Assembly (NCBI GenBank): GCA_018692925.1
Contig: JABHLH010000002.1
Location: forward strand, 38,576 to 102,575
Length of the DNA: 64,000 nt
Direction of reading: 5' to 3'
Source: an archaeon
GTDB taxonomy: Archaea; Nanobdellota; Nanobdellia; SCGC-AAA011-G17; GW2011-AR17
The notes under the pieces were generated by a model. That model worked only from the letters and a program-made list of their open reading frames with translations. It was not told where the DNA came from and did no database searches. Shown here one piece after another: positions 37,918 through 48,360 of the stretch. The first letter of the stretch is position 1, and every line of letters starts with the position of its first letter. Both the position numbers and the translations under genes were made by a program.

Positions 37918-39648
37918 TCATTTTTTTTGATCTTTATAGAACTTTTTCACTTCTTCTAAACTCGAAATTTCGTCGACACCTTTGTCTTCTCTTAACATAT
38001 GTACTCTTGGGAATCTTAAAGCAAAACCTGAAGAATAACTTGGTGATGCTTGTATTTCTTCATAAAGAATTTCTAAAACTACTTCCTTTTTTACCTTTAC
38101 AGCTCTTCCTTTTTCTGATATGATTAATTTTTTTAACTGATTAGTTAATTCTTCATAACTAACTCCTTCTTCACTTTTTTCTTTTATTCCTGTACCAACT
38201 TTTCCTATTTCTAAAAATTTATTTCCATCTCTACATGCAACTGTAAAACTACTCAACCACTTTGCTCTTTTACCTTCACCCCATTCTGCTTCAACAATTA
38301 CTAAATCTAAGGGTTCCATTACAGGTTTTATTTTTACACCTTGTCCAACTCTCTTTCCAGGCTTATACATTCCTTCAACACTTTTCATCATCACTCCTTC
38401 AAACCCTTTATCTAAACAATCTAAATAATACTTCTCAGCTTTTTTCAAATCATCACAAAGAATATGTTCTAAAATTTCAATTTCATTTTCTTTATTTCTT
38501 ACAACTGCTTTCAATCTTTTCTTTCTTTCTTCTAATGGAAATTTAATTAAATTTTCTCCATTCAGTTCAATAACATCAAATACATTAATCATTACTGGTA
38601 ATTCTTTTGCAACTTTTTCAATATCATATTTCCTTCTAATTCTTTGAGAAATTTTTTGAAATGGGACTGGCCTTTTTGTATCTTTATCAATTCCCACAAC
38701 TTCTGTATCTAAAATTACATTCTTTGATCTTACATTTTCCTTTACAGCTTTTATTACATCTGGAAATTGTTTACTTACATTTTCTAATCTTCTTGTAAAT
38801 AATTTTACTTCATCTTTATTTCTATGAATTTGAACTCTGAATCCATCAATTTTTGCTTCAATCATTGCAGGTTTTCCAACCATTTCAAAACCTTCTTCAA
38901 TATCTTTTGCCTTAGGATATAGCATAACTTTTATTGGCTTTCCTACTTTCAATGTTAATTCTTCTAAACCTTTTCTTCCTTTTTCATTCAAGAAAATTGC
39001 AATTTCTCCAAAATCACTTGTAACATCAAATGATTCTTGTACTTCTTTTGCATAAATTTTATATTCTTCTCTATCCTTATCTTCTAAAATTATTTCTTTT
39101 GCACCTTCGTAATAAGTCCATACTAATGCATCTCTTACTAAACTATCTCCTATTCCACTTCTCAAAGTTTCAGCAACAGTTCTCACAATATACTTTGCTT
39201 CTAATGCACTTGCAGAACTTAACAACTCAGCTACCAAACCAACTTTTCTATTAACTGTACCTTCACCTTCCATTTCAGTTAACTTAGAAATATTATCTAC
39301 AACCTTCTTTAAACTTAAACTTTTACTAAACAATGTATTTTGTTTTTTATTCACCATTAACTTTTCAGCAACTAAACCTAAATCACCTTCTGTGTTCCAT
39401 AAATTTTCAATTTTATTTGTACTCTCACCACTTGCTTTTTCAATAACTTTCAATAATGATCTTGAACTCATTCCAATTTTTTTTTCATCCCATTGAGGAA
39501 AAACTCTTCCTTGCAACAAATAGATTACACTTTTCAAATCTTCTTTTTTAATATTTTTTAAAAATCCAGACAAAATTTTAGTCTTTTCTATTCTCTTAGA
39601 ATTATTTTCAATTTCTTCATATAGCTTTGCTAATATTAAATATTTCAT
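37918..39648 (-). CDS. lig: ATP-dependent DNA ligase
   Basis: EAKIDGFR, EGVMMK, ALRFPR. Confidence 0.97.
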   Translation of the reverse strand: MKYLILAKLYEEIENNSKRIEKTKILSGFLKNIKKEDLKSVIYLLQGRVFPQWDEKKIGMSSRSLLKVIEKASGESTNKIENLWNTEGDLGLVAEKLMVNKKQNTLFSKSLSLKKVVDNISKLTEMEGEGTVNRKVGLVAELLSSASALEAKYIVRTVAETLRSGIGDSLVRDALVWTYYEGAKEIILEDKDREEYKIYAKEVQESFDVTSDFGEIAIFLNEKGRKGLEELTLKVGKPIKVMLYPKAKDIEEGFEMVGKPAMIEAKIDGFRVQIHRNKDEVKLFTRRLENVSKQFPDVIKAVKENVRSKNVILDTEVVGIDKDTKRPVPFQKISQRIRRKYDIEKVAKELPVMINVFDVIELNGENLIKFPLEERKKRLKAVVRNKENEIEILEHILCDDLKKAEKYYLDCLDKGFEGVMMKSVEGMYKPGKRVGQGVKIKPVMEPLDLVIVEAEWGEGKRAKWLSSFTVACRDGNKFLEIGKVGTGIKEKSEEGVSYEELTNQLKKLIISEKGRAVKVKKEVVLEILYEEIQASPSYSSGFALRFPRVHMLREDKGVDEISSLEEVKKFYKDQKK

Positions 39649-39684
39649 TAGAAACTATTATAAATTCATAAATATATAAGAGTT

Positions 39685-40743
39685 TTGATGGCTTTATACG
39701 ATCTTATTCCTACTACTCTTATTATGCCTATAATGGTTGGGGTAATTATTGCAATTATAGTAATTTCTTACAAACTTGGTATCATTCAAATTTTATTCAA
39801 AATTATTTTTTTCCCTATTACATTAATCTGGGAATTATTAGGTTTATCTAAAGATGCATCTTCTGTTTCAAGCTATAGTGAAAAGTCTTCTAAAAGTTTA
39901 TTGAGTTCATTAGTAGAAGCTTTTGAAAGAGATAAAGTAGAAGAGGATTTAGAAAACTTAGAAGGTCCTCAAGATCAAAAAATTGGAAAAGAAACTGGTG
40001 AAGCTGAACAACTCTCTTCTGATTTAGAACAAGAACTTGCTAAAGATACTGCAGCTGATCCCGATAAAATAAACAATTTTAAAGAAAGCTTAAGAACAAC
40101 TCTTGATAGTTTAACTTCTGAAATCAAACAAGAAGATCAGAATTTCACTTTATTAAAAAAACAATATCTTTATGATTTAAAACTTTCTAGAAAATCCATT
40201 AAAGTTACAAGGAAACAATTAAGTGGTGAAAAAATTGAAGAAAAATTTATTGGTGAATCTCTAGAAACTTTAAAGGGTTCAGAATATGAAAATACTAATA
40301 TGTTAGGTGATTTAAATCAAATTATAGGAAAAATAAAAAAATCAGAGGAAGAGATTTCTGCACAGAGTAATAAAATTAGTGCAATTTCAAAAGTTTTAAT
40401 ACAAAATTCTTCACAAAGACAAACTTTAAGTCATGATATTTTAAAACTTTCTGAAAAAGCAAATAAATTAATTAATGATGAAATCACTGAAGAAAATGTT
40501 GGTACTGTTCGTTCTATACTTGAAGAAATTAGAAATAAAAGAAAAGCTTTATCATCATTTAGAAAAAATATTCAAAAATTTGATGTTGAAAAAGAATTAG
40601 TTTTGAAAAATTTAATAACTATTAGTTCAAATGCTGTAGGATTTATACAAAATCAAAAAGATATAGTTGGAAAATTATCTTCTTTAGTTCAAAGTGTAAA
40701 AGCTGCAAAAGAAAAAATGGAAAAAGCAAAATCAGCAGCGTAA
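39685..40743 (+). CDS. N-terminally anchored coiled-coil protein
   Basis: Two TMs followed by long heptad-rich helices. Confidence 0.7.
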   Translation: MMALYDLIPTTLIMPIMVGVIIAIIVISYKLGIIQILFKIIFFPITLIWELLGLSKDASSVSSYSEKSSKSLLSSLVEAFERDKVEEDLENLEGPQDQKIGKETGEAEQLSSDLEQELAKDTAADPDKINNFKESLRTTLDSLTSEIKQEDQNFTLLKKQYLYDLKLSRKSIKVTRKQLSGEKIEEKFIGESLETLKGSEYENTNMLGDLNQIIGKIKKSEEEISAQSNKISAISKVLIQNSSQRQTLSHDILKLSEKANKLINDEITEENVGTVRSILEEIRNKRKALSSFRKNIQKFDVEKELVLKNLITISSNAVGFIQNQKDIVGKLSSLVQSVKAAKEKMEKAKSAA

Positions 40744-40775
40744 CTTTTATATATCCCCTTTTCCATTAAAATCAT

Positions 40776-41384
40776 ATGCAATTCAAAAAAGTCTTTTTAG
40801 GTAGAAGATCTATTCGAAAATATAAGGATAAAAAAATACCTTTATCTGTTATTGGTGAAATCTTAGACTTAGCAAGATTTTCTCCTTCTGCAGGAAACTT
40901 ACAAAATTGGAAATTTTTAGTTGTTACTGATGTTAACAAAAAAAACTCAATAGCTGAATCTTGTTTTCAACAATATTGGATGACTTCAGCTCCTGTAATA
41001 ATAATAATTTGTAATGATTACAGTGATGTAAAAAAACATTATGGGAAACTAGGTCAAATGTTTAGTATTCAAAATTGTGCAAATATTGCTTTTGCAATTG
41101 AATTAATTGCTTATGATTTAGGTCTATCTTCTTCTTGGGTTGGTGCTTTTGATAATGAAGCTTTACATAGAGACTTTGATATTCCTGAGAACATGGATCC
41201 AGAAATAATCTTAACTCTAGGTTATGCAGACGAAGTAAAAAAACCTTCAAATAGAAATGATTTAAAATATATTACTTTCTTTGAAAAATGGGGGGAAAAA
41301 TTTGCACAAGTTCCTTCACATTTAGATCAATTTAAAGAATTTACAAACATTAAGAAACATATTAAAAAATTAAAGAAAAAATAA
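40776..41384 (+). CDS. Nitroreductase family protein
   Basis: RRSIRKY, SPSAGNLQNW, LGLSSSWVG. Confidence 0.93.
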   Translation: MQFKKVFLGRRSIRKYKDKKIPLSVIGEILDLARFSPSAGNLQNWKFLVVTDVNKKNSIAESCFQQYWMTSAPVIIIICNDYSDVKKHYGKLGQMFSIQNCANIAFAIELIAYDLGLSSSWVGAFDNEALHRDFDIPENMDPEIILTLGYADEVKKPSNRNDLKYITFFEKWGEKFAQVPSHLDQFKEFTNIKKHIKKLKKK

Positions 41385-41389
41385 AAAAA

Positions 41390-41599
41390 TTATTTTGCTT
41401 TTGGTGCGTGTTTTTTGATACTCAAAGGAATCACACCTTTTTCAAGCTCTCTTTTTGCAATAATAATTGGATTATATTTTATATTTTCCAATTCCTTTTT
41501 TGATAACTTTACCAAAACAGGTGCACCCATTGCAAGTTGCAAAGCTCTAGCTCCAATAATTCGTGCTCTTTCATATTTAGTCATACTATCTATGTTCAT
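41390..41599 (-). CDS. rpoK: RNA polymerase subunit K (Rpo6)
   Basis: TKYERARIIGARALQLAMGAP. Confidence 0.97.
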   Translation of the reverse strand: MNIDSMTKYERARIIGARALQLAMGAPVLVKLSKKELENIKYNPIIIAKRELEKGVIPLSIKKHAPKAK

Positions 41600-42369
41600 T
41601 TTTTGAAATGCCCTCTTATATCCTTGGTTGTTTTAAATGCAAGTTCAACAGCTTTTTCAATTTCATCAGCCAGCAAAGGTTCATCTTTTCCTTTTTGCAT
41701 TGCACAGATTTTATCATCTTCTGTGAATACTACTGTGATTCTTGAATTAGAAGCAGACTCTTCTTCAACACTTGGATCAACTAATAGTTCATTACCAACT
41801 TTCCAAACAGTACAACTGATTGGTAATTTTTGTAAAGGTAATGGTGTTTTAGTTTTTGTTGAATAATCTACTTTACCATTTTCTATACTTGGGAAAACTG
41901 CATCTCTTATTGCTGCCATAGCTGCAATAGTACAAGCATCAAATAAATTTCCTGCTGAATTTATTGGATATATATCAATAAAGACTAACCAAACTTTTCC
42001 ACTTGCTTTATCATACAATCTTTTGAAGTCAATAGCGCCACATTCTCTAATTCCTCTATCTGTAACTCTTGACAATTCGATTGCATTTATATTTGGTGGA
42101 CCAGATTCATATTTTGCAGATGATAAAGGTGTTAATTCTACATTTACCATAATACTTCCTTGATCTGGTTTATCTGGATAAGGTTCACCTAAGTCTAATT
42201 TAACTCCAGCAATTACTTCTGTCTCTCCAATTTTTACTCTTGCAGAACCTTCAGCTGATTTTTTAGAAATTCCATATTCAATTGATAAATTTCTATACTC
42301 ATCGAACTTTCTTCCATCCATTCTTTTTCCAAGTTTACTTAAAGATTGTACATATTCTTCTGTTATCAT
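41596..42369 (-). CDS. rrp42: Exosome subunit Rrp42
   Basis: RMDGRKFDEYR, PYPDKP, GPP..IELSRVTDR. Confidence 0.96.
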   Translation of the reverse strand: MITEEYVQSLSKLGKRMDGRKFDEYRNLSIEYGISKKSAEGSARVKIGETEVIAGVKLDLGEPYPDKPDQGSIMVNVELTPLSSAKYESGPPNINAIELSRVTDRGIRECGAIDFKRLYDKASGKVWLVFIDIYPINSAGNLFDACTIAAMAAIRDAVFPSIENGKVDYSTKTKTPLPLQKLPISCTVWKVGNELLVDPSVEEESASNSRITVVFTEDDKICAMQKGKDEPLLADEIEKAVELAFKTTKDIRGHFKK

Positions 42370-43073
42370 TTTTTTGCCTCCGTATATTTAGCTTTCAAGG
42401 CATTTTTTTGTACCTCAAGAATTTGGTCACATCCTTTGATAGCAAAGTCAACACATTTTTTCAAATCTTCTTTACTAATTTCTCCATCAAGTTGTAACAA
42501 AGTAACTTCTCCAGTTCTAGGAATAATAGCCATTGGAATGTCTACTGCTCCACCTTCAAAGTCTTCTTCTTGCTTATCTAAATCTAAAACAACTTTATCT
42601 CCAATTAGTCCAGCTGAAATTGCACAAACTAAGTCTTTCATTTCAAAACCTGCATCTGCTAATGCTAATGAAGCTGCACAAATTGCTGCACATCTTGTTC
42701 CTGCATCAGTTTGAATTAATTCCACATGAACATCTACTACGCTCTTTGGGAAATCTTGCAAATCTAAAACAGGTAATAAAGATTTTTCCATAACCATACT
42801 AATTTCTTTACTTCTTCTACTTGTTCCTGGTCTTACTCTATCTCCAGCTCCTGAAAAAGCCATCATATTATAATGACATCTTAATACTCCAGATTTTGGA
42901 TTTTGTAAAAACTTTGGAAACAAATCTTTAGGTCCATAAACTGCTGCAATAGCGATTGTTTTTCCAATTGTAAAACTTGCAGATCCTACAGCATTTTTAA
43001 CAACACCTACTTCAGCACTCATTGGTCTCATTTCTTCAAACTTTCTACCGTCATATCTTTTTTCGTATTTCAT
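42366..43073 (-). CDS. rrp41: Exosome subunit Rrp41
   Basis: AVYGP, RRSKEIS, DAGTRCA. Confidence 0.96.
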   Translation of the reverse strand: MKYEKRYDGRKFEEMRPMSAEVGVVKNAVGSASFTIGKTIAIAAVYGPKDLFPKFLQNPKSGVLRCHYNMMAFSGAGDRVRPGTSRRSKEISMVMEKSLLPVLDLQDFPKSVVDVHVELIQTDAGTRCAAICAASLALADAGFEMKDLVCAISAGLIGDKVVLDLDKQEEDFEGGAVDIPMAIIPRTGEVTLLQLDGEISKEDLKKCVDFAIKGCDQILEVQKNALKAKYTEAKK

Positions 43074-43807
43074 TTTTTAGTCTCCTCATTGTTACTCACT
43101 TTCTTTTCGACCTTCAAATCTTTACATTTACCTTCTAAGAATTTTTTCATATAATCTGTTAATCCTCTTATATGAGCTTTTTCTTCTACTAAGTTAACTG
43201 CTTCTGTTGCAATTCTTTCTGCTTCAGATGTTTTTCCTTTGATCCAGATTCTTCCATTTTGTCCTGCAAAAACTGAACATCCTGTCATATCTTTAATCAT
43301 AGAAATCATACTTCCTTGCTTTCCAACTAATCTTGGAACTTTCGCAGGTGTAATCTCAACAATCTTACCGCCTCTTAACTTTCTTAAACCTGGACCTACC
43401 ATTGTCAAATCGATATTATTATCTTTTGTAACATTTGTAATCCTTGTTAAGATAGCATCTGAAACTGCATAAAAATCGCTTAAGCTTGCTCCTCTTTCAA
43501 TGTAACTTGAACTCGCATCTTTTAATGAAAGACTTGCATCGTATGCATATCCAATATTAATGAACCAACTACTGTATGTCATATCTCTAACATAACCAAT
43601 AACTGTGTCATCTTTTTTCGGAATATATCTTCCACTTAACGGAACTATGTTAATAATACTTCCATTTACATACACGAGACCAACTCGTGATGCTATAACT
43701 TTCTCACCTTCTCTAAAGGCACCTTTTCCAGGTAAATGATCCATTCCCTCAGCTAAAATTTCACCTGGGATAACCACTGCCTTTGCTTCTACTAATAATT
43801 TACTCAT
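43070..43807 (-). CDS. rrp4: Exosome RNA-binding subunit Rrp4
   Basis: S1+KH, KVPRLVGKQGSM, GQNGRIW. Confidence 0.96.
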   Translation of the reverse strand: MSKLLVEAKAVVIPGEILAEGMDHLPGKGAFREGEKVIASRVGLVYVNGSIINIVPLSGRYIPKKDDTVIGYVRDMTYSSWFINIGYAYDASLSLKDASSSYIERGASLSDFYAVSDAILTRITNVTKDNNIDLTMVGPGLRKLRGGKIVEITPAKVPRLVGKQGSMISMIKDMTGCSVFAGQNGRIWIKGKTSEAERIATEAVNLVEEKAHIRGLTDYMKKFLEGKCKDLKVEKKVSNNEETKK

Positions 43808-43820
43808 TTTTTATTTTCTC

Positions 43821-44522
43821 CTATATTTTTTTCAATATCTTTAAATCAAAATCACCTTTTGTCAATTTGCTAACTTCATTTTCTAATTCTTCTTGTATTC
43901 CTGCTGGAATTCCAAGTACAACTTTCAAACTTCCATCATCTAACCAATCATCTTTTAACATTTTGCCTAGTCTTTTTAAGATTCCATATGAGGAACCTGC
44001 ATATTGTCCAGGTATAACTATTTCAATTTCTCTTGTTTCAACCTTTAATGGAATTAAAGATCTTATTTGATCCATCACTTCTTGCATTTGATCTTCAGCA
44101 GATTTGAACTCATCAATTCTAACTTTTGCTTCTTGTATTGCATTCTCTATTCTATCTCTAGGATGAGGTGCTCCACTTTGCGGATTAATTGCATTTCTAT
44201 GAATCATTTCAACAATTTTTTTCTTTTTATTTTCTCTTAACTTATTTTTATGTTCAGTTGTTAATTGTACTTCACCTTTCTTAATTATCTGTGCAGCAAT
44301 TTCGTCAACATTGTCTGTATGAAAAGCTTTTTTGATATCAATATCTGTAGCTCTTTCACTTTGTTTAACATCACTAAAGATTTCTTTAGTTGCAAGAACA
44401 TCTTCTAAGCTTTCAATTTTACCTTCTCTAAATTCAATTGCTTTATCACAATCTACCATAACTTCGAAAGTCTTTCCTTCTTTTTTTATTCTTGCAATTA
44501 CTGCTTCATCGACTCTTACCAT
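43821..44522 (-). CDS. SBDS/Sdo1 ribosome maturation factor
   Basis: GKTFEV, GEVQLT, PHPRDRIE. Confidence 0.96.
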   Translation of the reverse strand: MVRVDEAVIARIKKEGKTFEVMVDCDKAIEFREGKIESLEDVLATKEIFSDVKQSERATDIDIKKAFHTDNVDEIAAQIIKKGEVQLTTEHKNKLRENKKKKIVEMIHRNAINPQSGAPHPRDRIENAIQEAKVRIDEFKSAEDQMQEVMDQIRSLIPLKVETREIEIVIPGQYAGSSYGILKRLGKMLKDDWLDDGSLKVVLGIPAGIQEELENEVSKLTKGDFDLKILKKI

Positions 44523-44523
44523 T

Positions 44524-45228
44524 TTATCCCTTCAATTTTCTCCTATCCATTTTTTTATACTTCTTATCACTTAGTCCAATGTATGCTCCATCTAATCTTT
44601 TCAAATCAAATTCTTTTCCAAGAACTTTTTTCAATGCTTTAACAGACAATTTAATTGCTTCATCCATTGTAATATCTTCTCTATAATCTTTTCTTAAAAC
44701 ATTTTTTACACTATCTGCTCCTTCTCCAACTGCTGTTGCTCTATACTCAAAGAAAATTCCTGTTGGTTCTGTTACAAACAATCTTGGTTTTTCATCAACA
44801 CCAGCAAATAAGATAGAAACTCCAAAAGGTCTTGCTCCACCATATTGTGTAAATGATTGTTTTATGTCTGATAGTTCTTTAACTAACATTGATGTTTCAA
44901 TTTGTGTATTGTATGTTACTTGATTTTGTTGTGCAATTACTTGCGCTCTTCTAATTAAAATTCTTCCATCCATTACATATCCTGTTGCTGTAGCAGCTAT
45001 GTGTCCATCTACTTGAAATATTTTTTCGATAGATTCTGCAACAACTAAATTATCTGCAACTCTTTTGTCTGTAATTAAGATTACTCCATCGCAACATACA
45101 ACCCCTATTGCGGTTGAACCTTGTCTTACTGCTTCTTTAGCATATTCTACTTGTAATAATCTCCCATCAGGACTAAACATTGTGCTTGCCCTGTCATATC
45201 CCATCATTTGATGTGTTCCTTCTTGCAT
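44524..45228 (-). CDS. psmA: Proteasome alpha subunit
   Basis: GYDRASTMFSPDGRLLQVEYA. Confidence 0.97.
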   Translation of the reverse strand: MQEGTHQMMGYDRASTMFSPDGRLLQVEYAKEAVRQGSTAIGVVCCDGVILITDKRVADNLVVAESIEKIFQVDGHIAATATGYVMDGRILIRRAQVIAQQNQVTYNTQIETSMLVKELSDIKQSFTQYGGARPFGVSILFAGVDEKPRLFVTEPTGIFFEYRATAVGEGADSVKNVLRKDYREDITMDEAIKLSVKALKKVLGKEFDLKRLDGAYIGLSDKKYKKMDRRKLKG

Positions 45229-45232
45229 TTTT

Positions 45233-45577
45233 TTATCCCTCCATATAACATAATTTTCTTACTTTATCAACGACTCCTGAAACTCCCAGGCTTTTGATTA
45301 TGATTTTTTTACCATTGATCTCTTTGATTAAAGCTAGACTTGCTTTTAGATGATCAACATTTTTAGTACTAACACGTACTATTCCTTTATTATCTTTCCA
45401 GTCTTTTAGAAATAATAAACCTGCATTTGCCATACCTAAACTACCTACTAATTCTTTCATACTTGTTTCTATTGACTCCTTTACTTGTTTTAGATCTAAA
45501 CTTTCTTTAGATTCCACAACAAAGCCTACATATCTTTTCTTTTCCCTTAAACTGGGTAAAAGTGCTTTTAATTTCAT
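45233..45577 (-). CDS. RNase P protein Pop5/Rpp14
   Basis: LPSLREKKRY, GVSG; superoperon position; start reassigned to ATG 45577. Confidence 0.9.
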   Translation of the reverse strand: MKLKALLPSLREKKRYVGFVVESKESLDLKQVKESIETSMKELVGSLGMANAGLLFLKDWKDNKGIVRVSTKNVDHLKASLALIKEINGKKIIIKSLGVSGVVDKVRKLCYMEG

Positions 45578-45732
45578 CTTATTGAGAATTGTTTTCAACT
45601 CCTTATCTTCTCTCGTACTCCCTCTATAAAATAACTCTACTATAAAAAGCTTTTGATTGTCCAATAAACTAGTATAATACTCATATTCTACAACAGTAAG
45701 CTTTTTCAAACTAAACCTTCTCTAAACATCAA

Positions 45733-46497
45733 ATGAAGGAAAAGGGTGATAACATTTATGTAGTATTTTCTGGCCATATGTGTACTGGTAAGGATACAAT
45801 TATTGAAATTTTAGAAAAGCGAGGAAACCTTCCCAAAATTGCTGGTCCAAATGCTAAAGTTCACATTCTTTCAGAGGCTGTAAATCATGACCAAGATGTT
45901 TTGGCTTCTTTCTATAAAAATATGGAAGATACAACAGAATTCTTTGAACTAGGAACTTTATGTTTTCGTTCTGTATTAAGTAGTATCATTTCAAAAGTTA
46001 GAGGGATTGTAGTTGGTAATCGACATGTTATTGAAGCAAGACAAACTTTTGTTGAACATTCAAGATCTTTAAAAAATGAAGATAAAAGATTTTTTGATGA
46101 AACTGCAACTGGTGTTTATGACATGCTTCTCAGAAGAGCAATTGAGAAAGGAATTATTCCAATTCCTGAGATTGTATTCTTTTTATTTGTTGACGATGAT
46201 AACATTTTAATTGAAAGAAATAAGAAAAGAAATGATCCTGGTGAAAAATCTATTGATCCTGAATACATCAAAAATCTTTCAGTATATTTTGAAAATTATA
46301 GGAAAAATTTTGCTGACATTTACAATTTCTTTGGAGTTCCTGTACCTAAACTTGTAGAAATAAATACTTCTGTAGACTTATTCCAAGATGAACAAGCTTT
46401 ACAACAAATTGCGGAGCGTTGTGAAGATGAGATTAGAAAGGCTTATGCTAAGAAAAGAAGAAGTTTATTTGATTTTGACGAACAAAAACTTATATAA
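45733..46497 (+). CDS. Deoxynucleoside-kinase-like P-loop protein
   Basis: SGHMCTGKDT, FYKNM, R..KRNDPGE..IDPEYIKNL. Confidence 0.8.
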   Translation: MKEKGDNIYVVFSGHMCTGKDTIIEILEKRGNLPKIAGPNAKVHILSEAVNHDQDVLASFYKNMEDTTEFFELGTLCFRSVLSSIISKVRGIVVGNRHVIEARQTFVEHSRSLKNEDKRFFDETATGVYDMLLRRAIEKGIIPIPEIVFFLFVDDDNILIERNKKRNDPGEKSIDPEYIKNLSVYFENYRKNFADIYNFFGVPVPKLVEINTSVDLFQDEQALQQIAERCEDEIRKAYAKKRRSLFDFDEQKLI

Positions 46498-46520
46498 ATG
46501 ACTTATTTCCTCAAAACTCT

Positions 46521-47228
46521 ATGTTAAATATAATTGGTATAGGTCTAAATGATGAAAAAGATGTTTCAGTAAAAGGATTAGAATTAATTCAATCTTCAGA
46601 CTTCATTTACTTAGAAAATTATACTTCCAGATTACAATGTTCTTTAGAAGATTTAGAAAAATTTTATGGTAAGAAAGTTATTCTTGTCGAGAGAGAATTT
46701 GTTGAAAATGGTAAAGAAATGATTGAAAAATCAAAAACTCAAAATGTTTCTTTGTTAATCATTGGAGATGTATTCTCGGCTACAACTCACATTTCTTTAT
46801 ACCAAGATGGAATTAATGCAAAACTTGAAATAAACATTATCAACAATGCTTCAGTTTTGAATGCTGTAGGGATCACTGGTTTATCTTTATACAAATTTGG
46901 AAAAACAACTTCCATTTCTTTTCATGATTCAGAAGTACCAACAAAAGTTATCAAAGATAATTTTCCTTTACACACTCTTTGTTTACTAGATTTAACCCCA
47001 AAAGAAAATAAATTCATGGAATCTTCTACAGCAATTGAAAGATTAATTTCTCAAGGTTTAGATCCTGAGAAAAAAGTTATTGTTTGTGTTCAATTAGGTT
47101 CAAAAAATACTCAAATAATTTATTCTTCAGCTAAAGATGTAAAACCTTTAAACAAATATCCTCAATGTTTAATTATTCCTGGAGAGCTACATTTCATGGA
47201 AGAAGAATTCTTGGAAAACTTTAAATAA
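46521..47228 (+). CDS. dph5: Diphthine synthase
   Basis: IGIGL, LENYTS, GDVFSATTH, YKFGKT, HTLCLLD. Confidence 0.95.
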   Translation: MLNIIGIGLNDEKDVSVKGLELIQSSDFIYLENYTSRLQCSLEDLEKFYGKKVILVEREFVENGKEMIEKSKTQNVSLLIIGDVFSATTHISLYQDGINAKLEINIINNASVLNAVGITGLSLYKFGKTTSISFHDSEVPTKVIKDNFPLHTLCLLDLTPKENKFMESSTAIERLISQGLDPEKKVIVCVQLGSKNTQIIYSSAKDVKPLNKYPQCLIIPGELHFMEEEFLENFK

Positions 47229-47249
47229 ACTATTTACTCTAATTATTTT

Positions 47250-47675
47250 ATGAGGTGGCAAACTTGGACCAGATTTACTGCAATAATTCTTTTTGTAATA
47301 ACAGTTTTAACTTTTGCATTTACTTATTCAGATAACTTTGTTGAAGGTTCTTCAAATATAGAATTTCAAAACTTTCCTACAGCTACTGACTTAGATTCTT
47401 TAGACTTAAATGAAGATATTGAGTTTTCATTTTTCTTATACAACAATGGTGGAGAAGCTGCCTTTGTAAAAAAAATATTATTAAGCTCTGATTTAGATTA
47501 TTTTATAACTCCTGAAGAAGATTTTAGTGTTCTTGCTGGAGAAGCTCAAGAAATTATAGTTATTTTAGAATCTCCTGGAATAGAATTAGAATCAGAATTA
47601 TATTTCCAAGTTTTCTATGACGACTTTTCAATAGAATCTGAAGAACTTCCTGTTGTTTGGGGAACTATACTTTAA
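47250..47675 (+). CDS. Membrane-anchored Ig-like hypothetical protein
   Basis: N-terminal TM, acidic beta-rich domain. Confidence 0.65.
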   Translation: MRWQTWTRFTAIILFVITVLTFAFTYSDNFVEGSSNIEFQNFPTATDLDSLDLNEDIEFSFFLYNNGGEAAFVKKILLSSDLDYFITPEEDFSVLAGEAQEIIVILESPGIELESELYFQVFYDDFSIESEELPVVWGTIL

Positions 47676-48274
47676 AGTAAAGATTCTAATAAATCGCTAG
47701 CATCTCTTTCAGAATGTTCTTGAATTGACCATTTATTCACATCTTCAAATTTATCTGAAAAGTACCATTCTAAATTTTTTAATTGGTTAAGTGTAATATC
47801 TGGTACATATCTTCTAAAGACTGAAAATCCAGCATATCTTTTATCATCTAATTTTCTTCTTTTAATTTCTCTATTTTGTTCTCTTGTAAATTCTCTAGAC
47901 TGAATAAATCTAAACCAATTAGGGATAGTATCCCATTTGACTTCAATTAATTCATCTGTACTTAAGTTATTAAATTCATAATCTTGATCAATTTCTGCAC
48001 TAAATGCATAAACTCTATACATATTTGAAAATAATTTTAACTTTTTGATTTCACTTGTATAATTTGTTTCTTCTTTAAATTCTCTAATTGCTGTTTCTTT
48101 TGGACTTTCTCTAGCTTCTCTATATCCACCAATCAGCATCCACTCACCTGGAAATCTCATAGGAGTATTATATTCTGGATTCCAAAAAGATCTTTTTCCT
48201 AATAGGACTTCTTTCTCTTTTGTTCCTGCTTTTATCCTAAATGGGCATAAAACTCCAGCTCCTCTATATACCAT
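47672..48274 (-). CDS. NUDIX hydrolase
   Basis: GGYREARESPKETAIREFKEET Nudix box. Confidence 0.9.
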   Translation of the reverse strand: MVYRGAGVLCPFRIKAGTKEKEVLLGKRSFWNPEYNTPMRFPGEWMLIGGYREARESPKETAIREFKEETNYTSEIKKLKLFSNMYRVYAFSAEIDQDYEFNNLSTDELIEVKWDTIPNWFRFIQSREFTREQNREIKRRKLDDKRYAGFSVFRRYVPDITLNQLKNLEWYFSDKFEDVNKWSIQEHSERDASDLLESLL

Positions 48275-48360
48275 AAATTTCGGAGTAAATTCTCTCTTTA
48301 TAACTCTATCTTTTTCTATATTTTAACTGCATAACTTTTATAAATCGAATTTCATGAATA

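Noticed and set aside
45578-45709. N-terminal extensions of Pop5 (also aIF5B 55211-55291 and 62067-62120)
   Set aside because: Run through promoter/UTR sequence; downstream ATGs fit family starts
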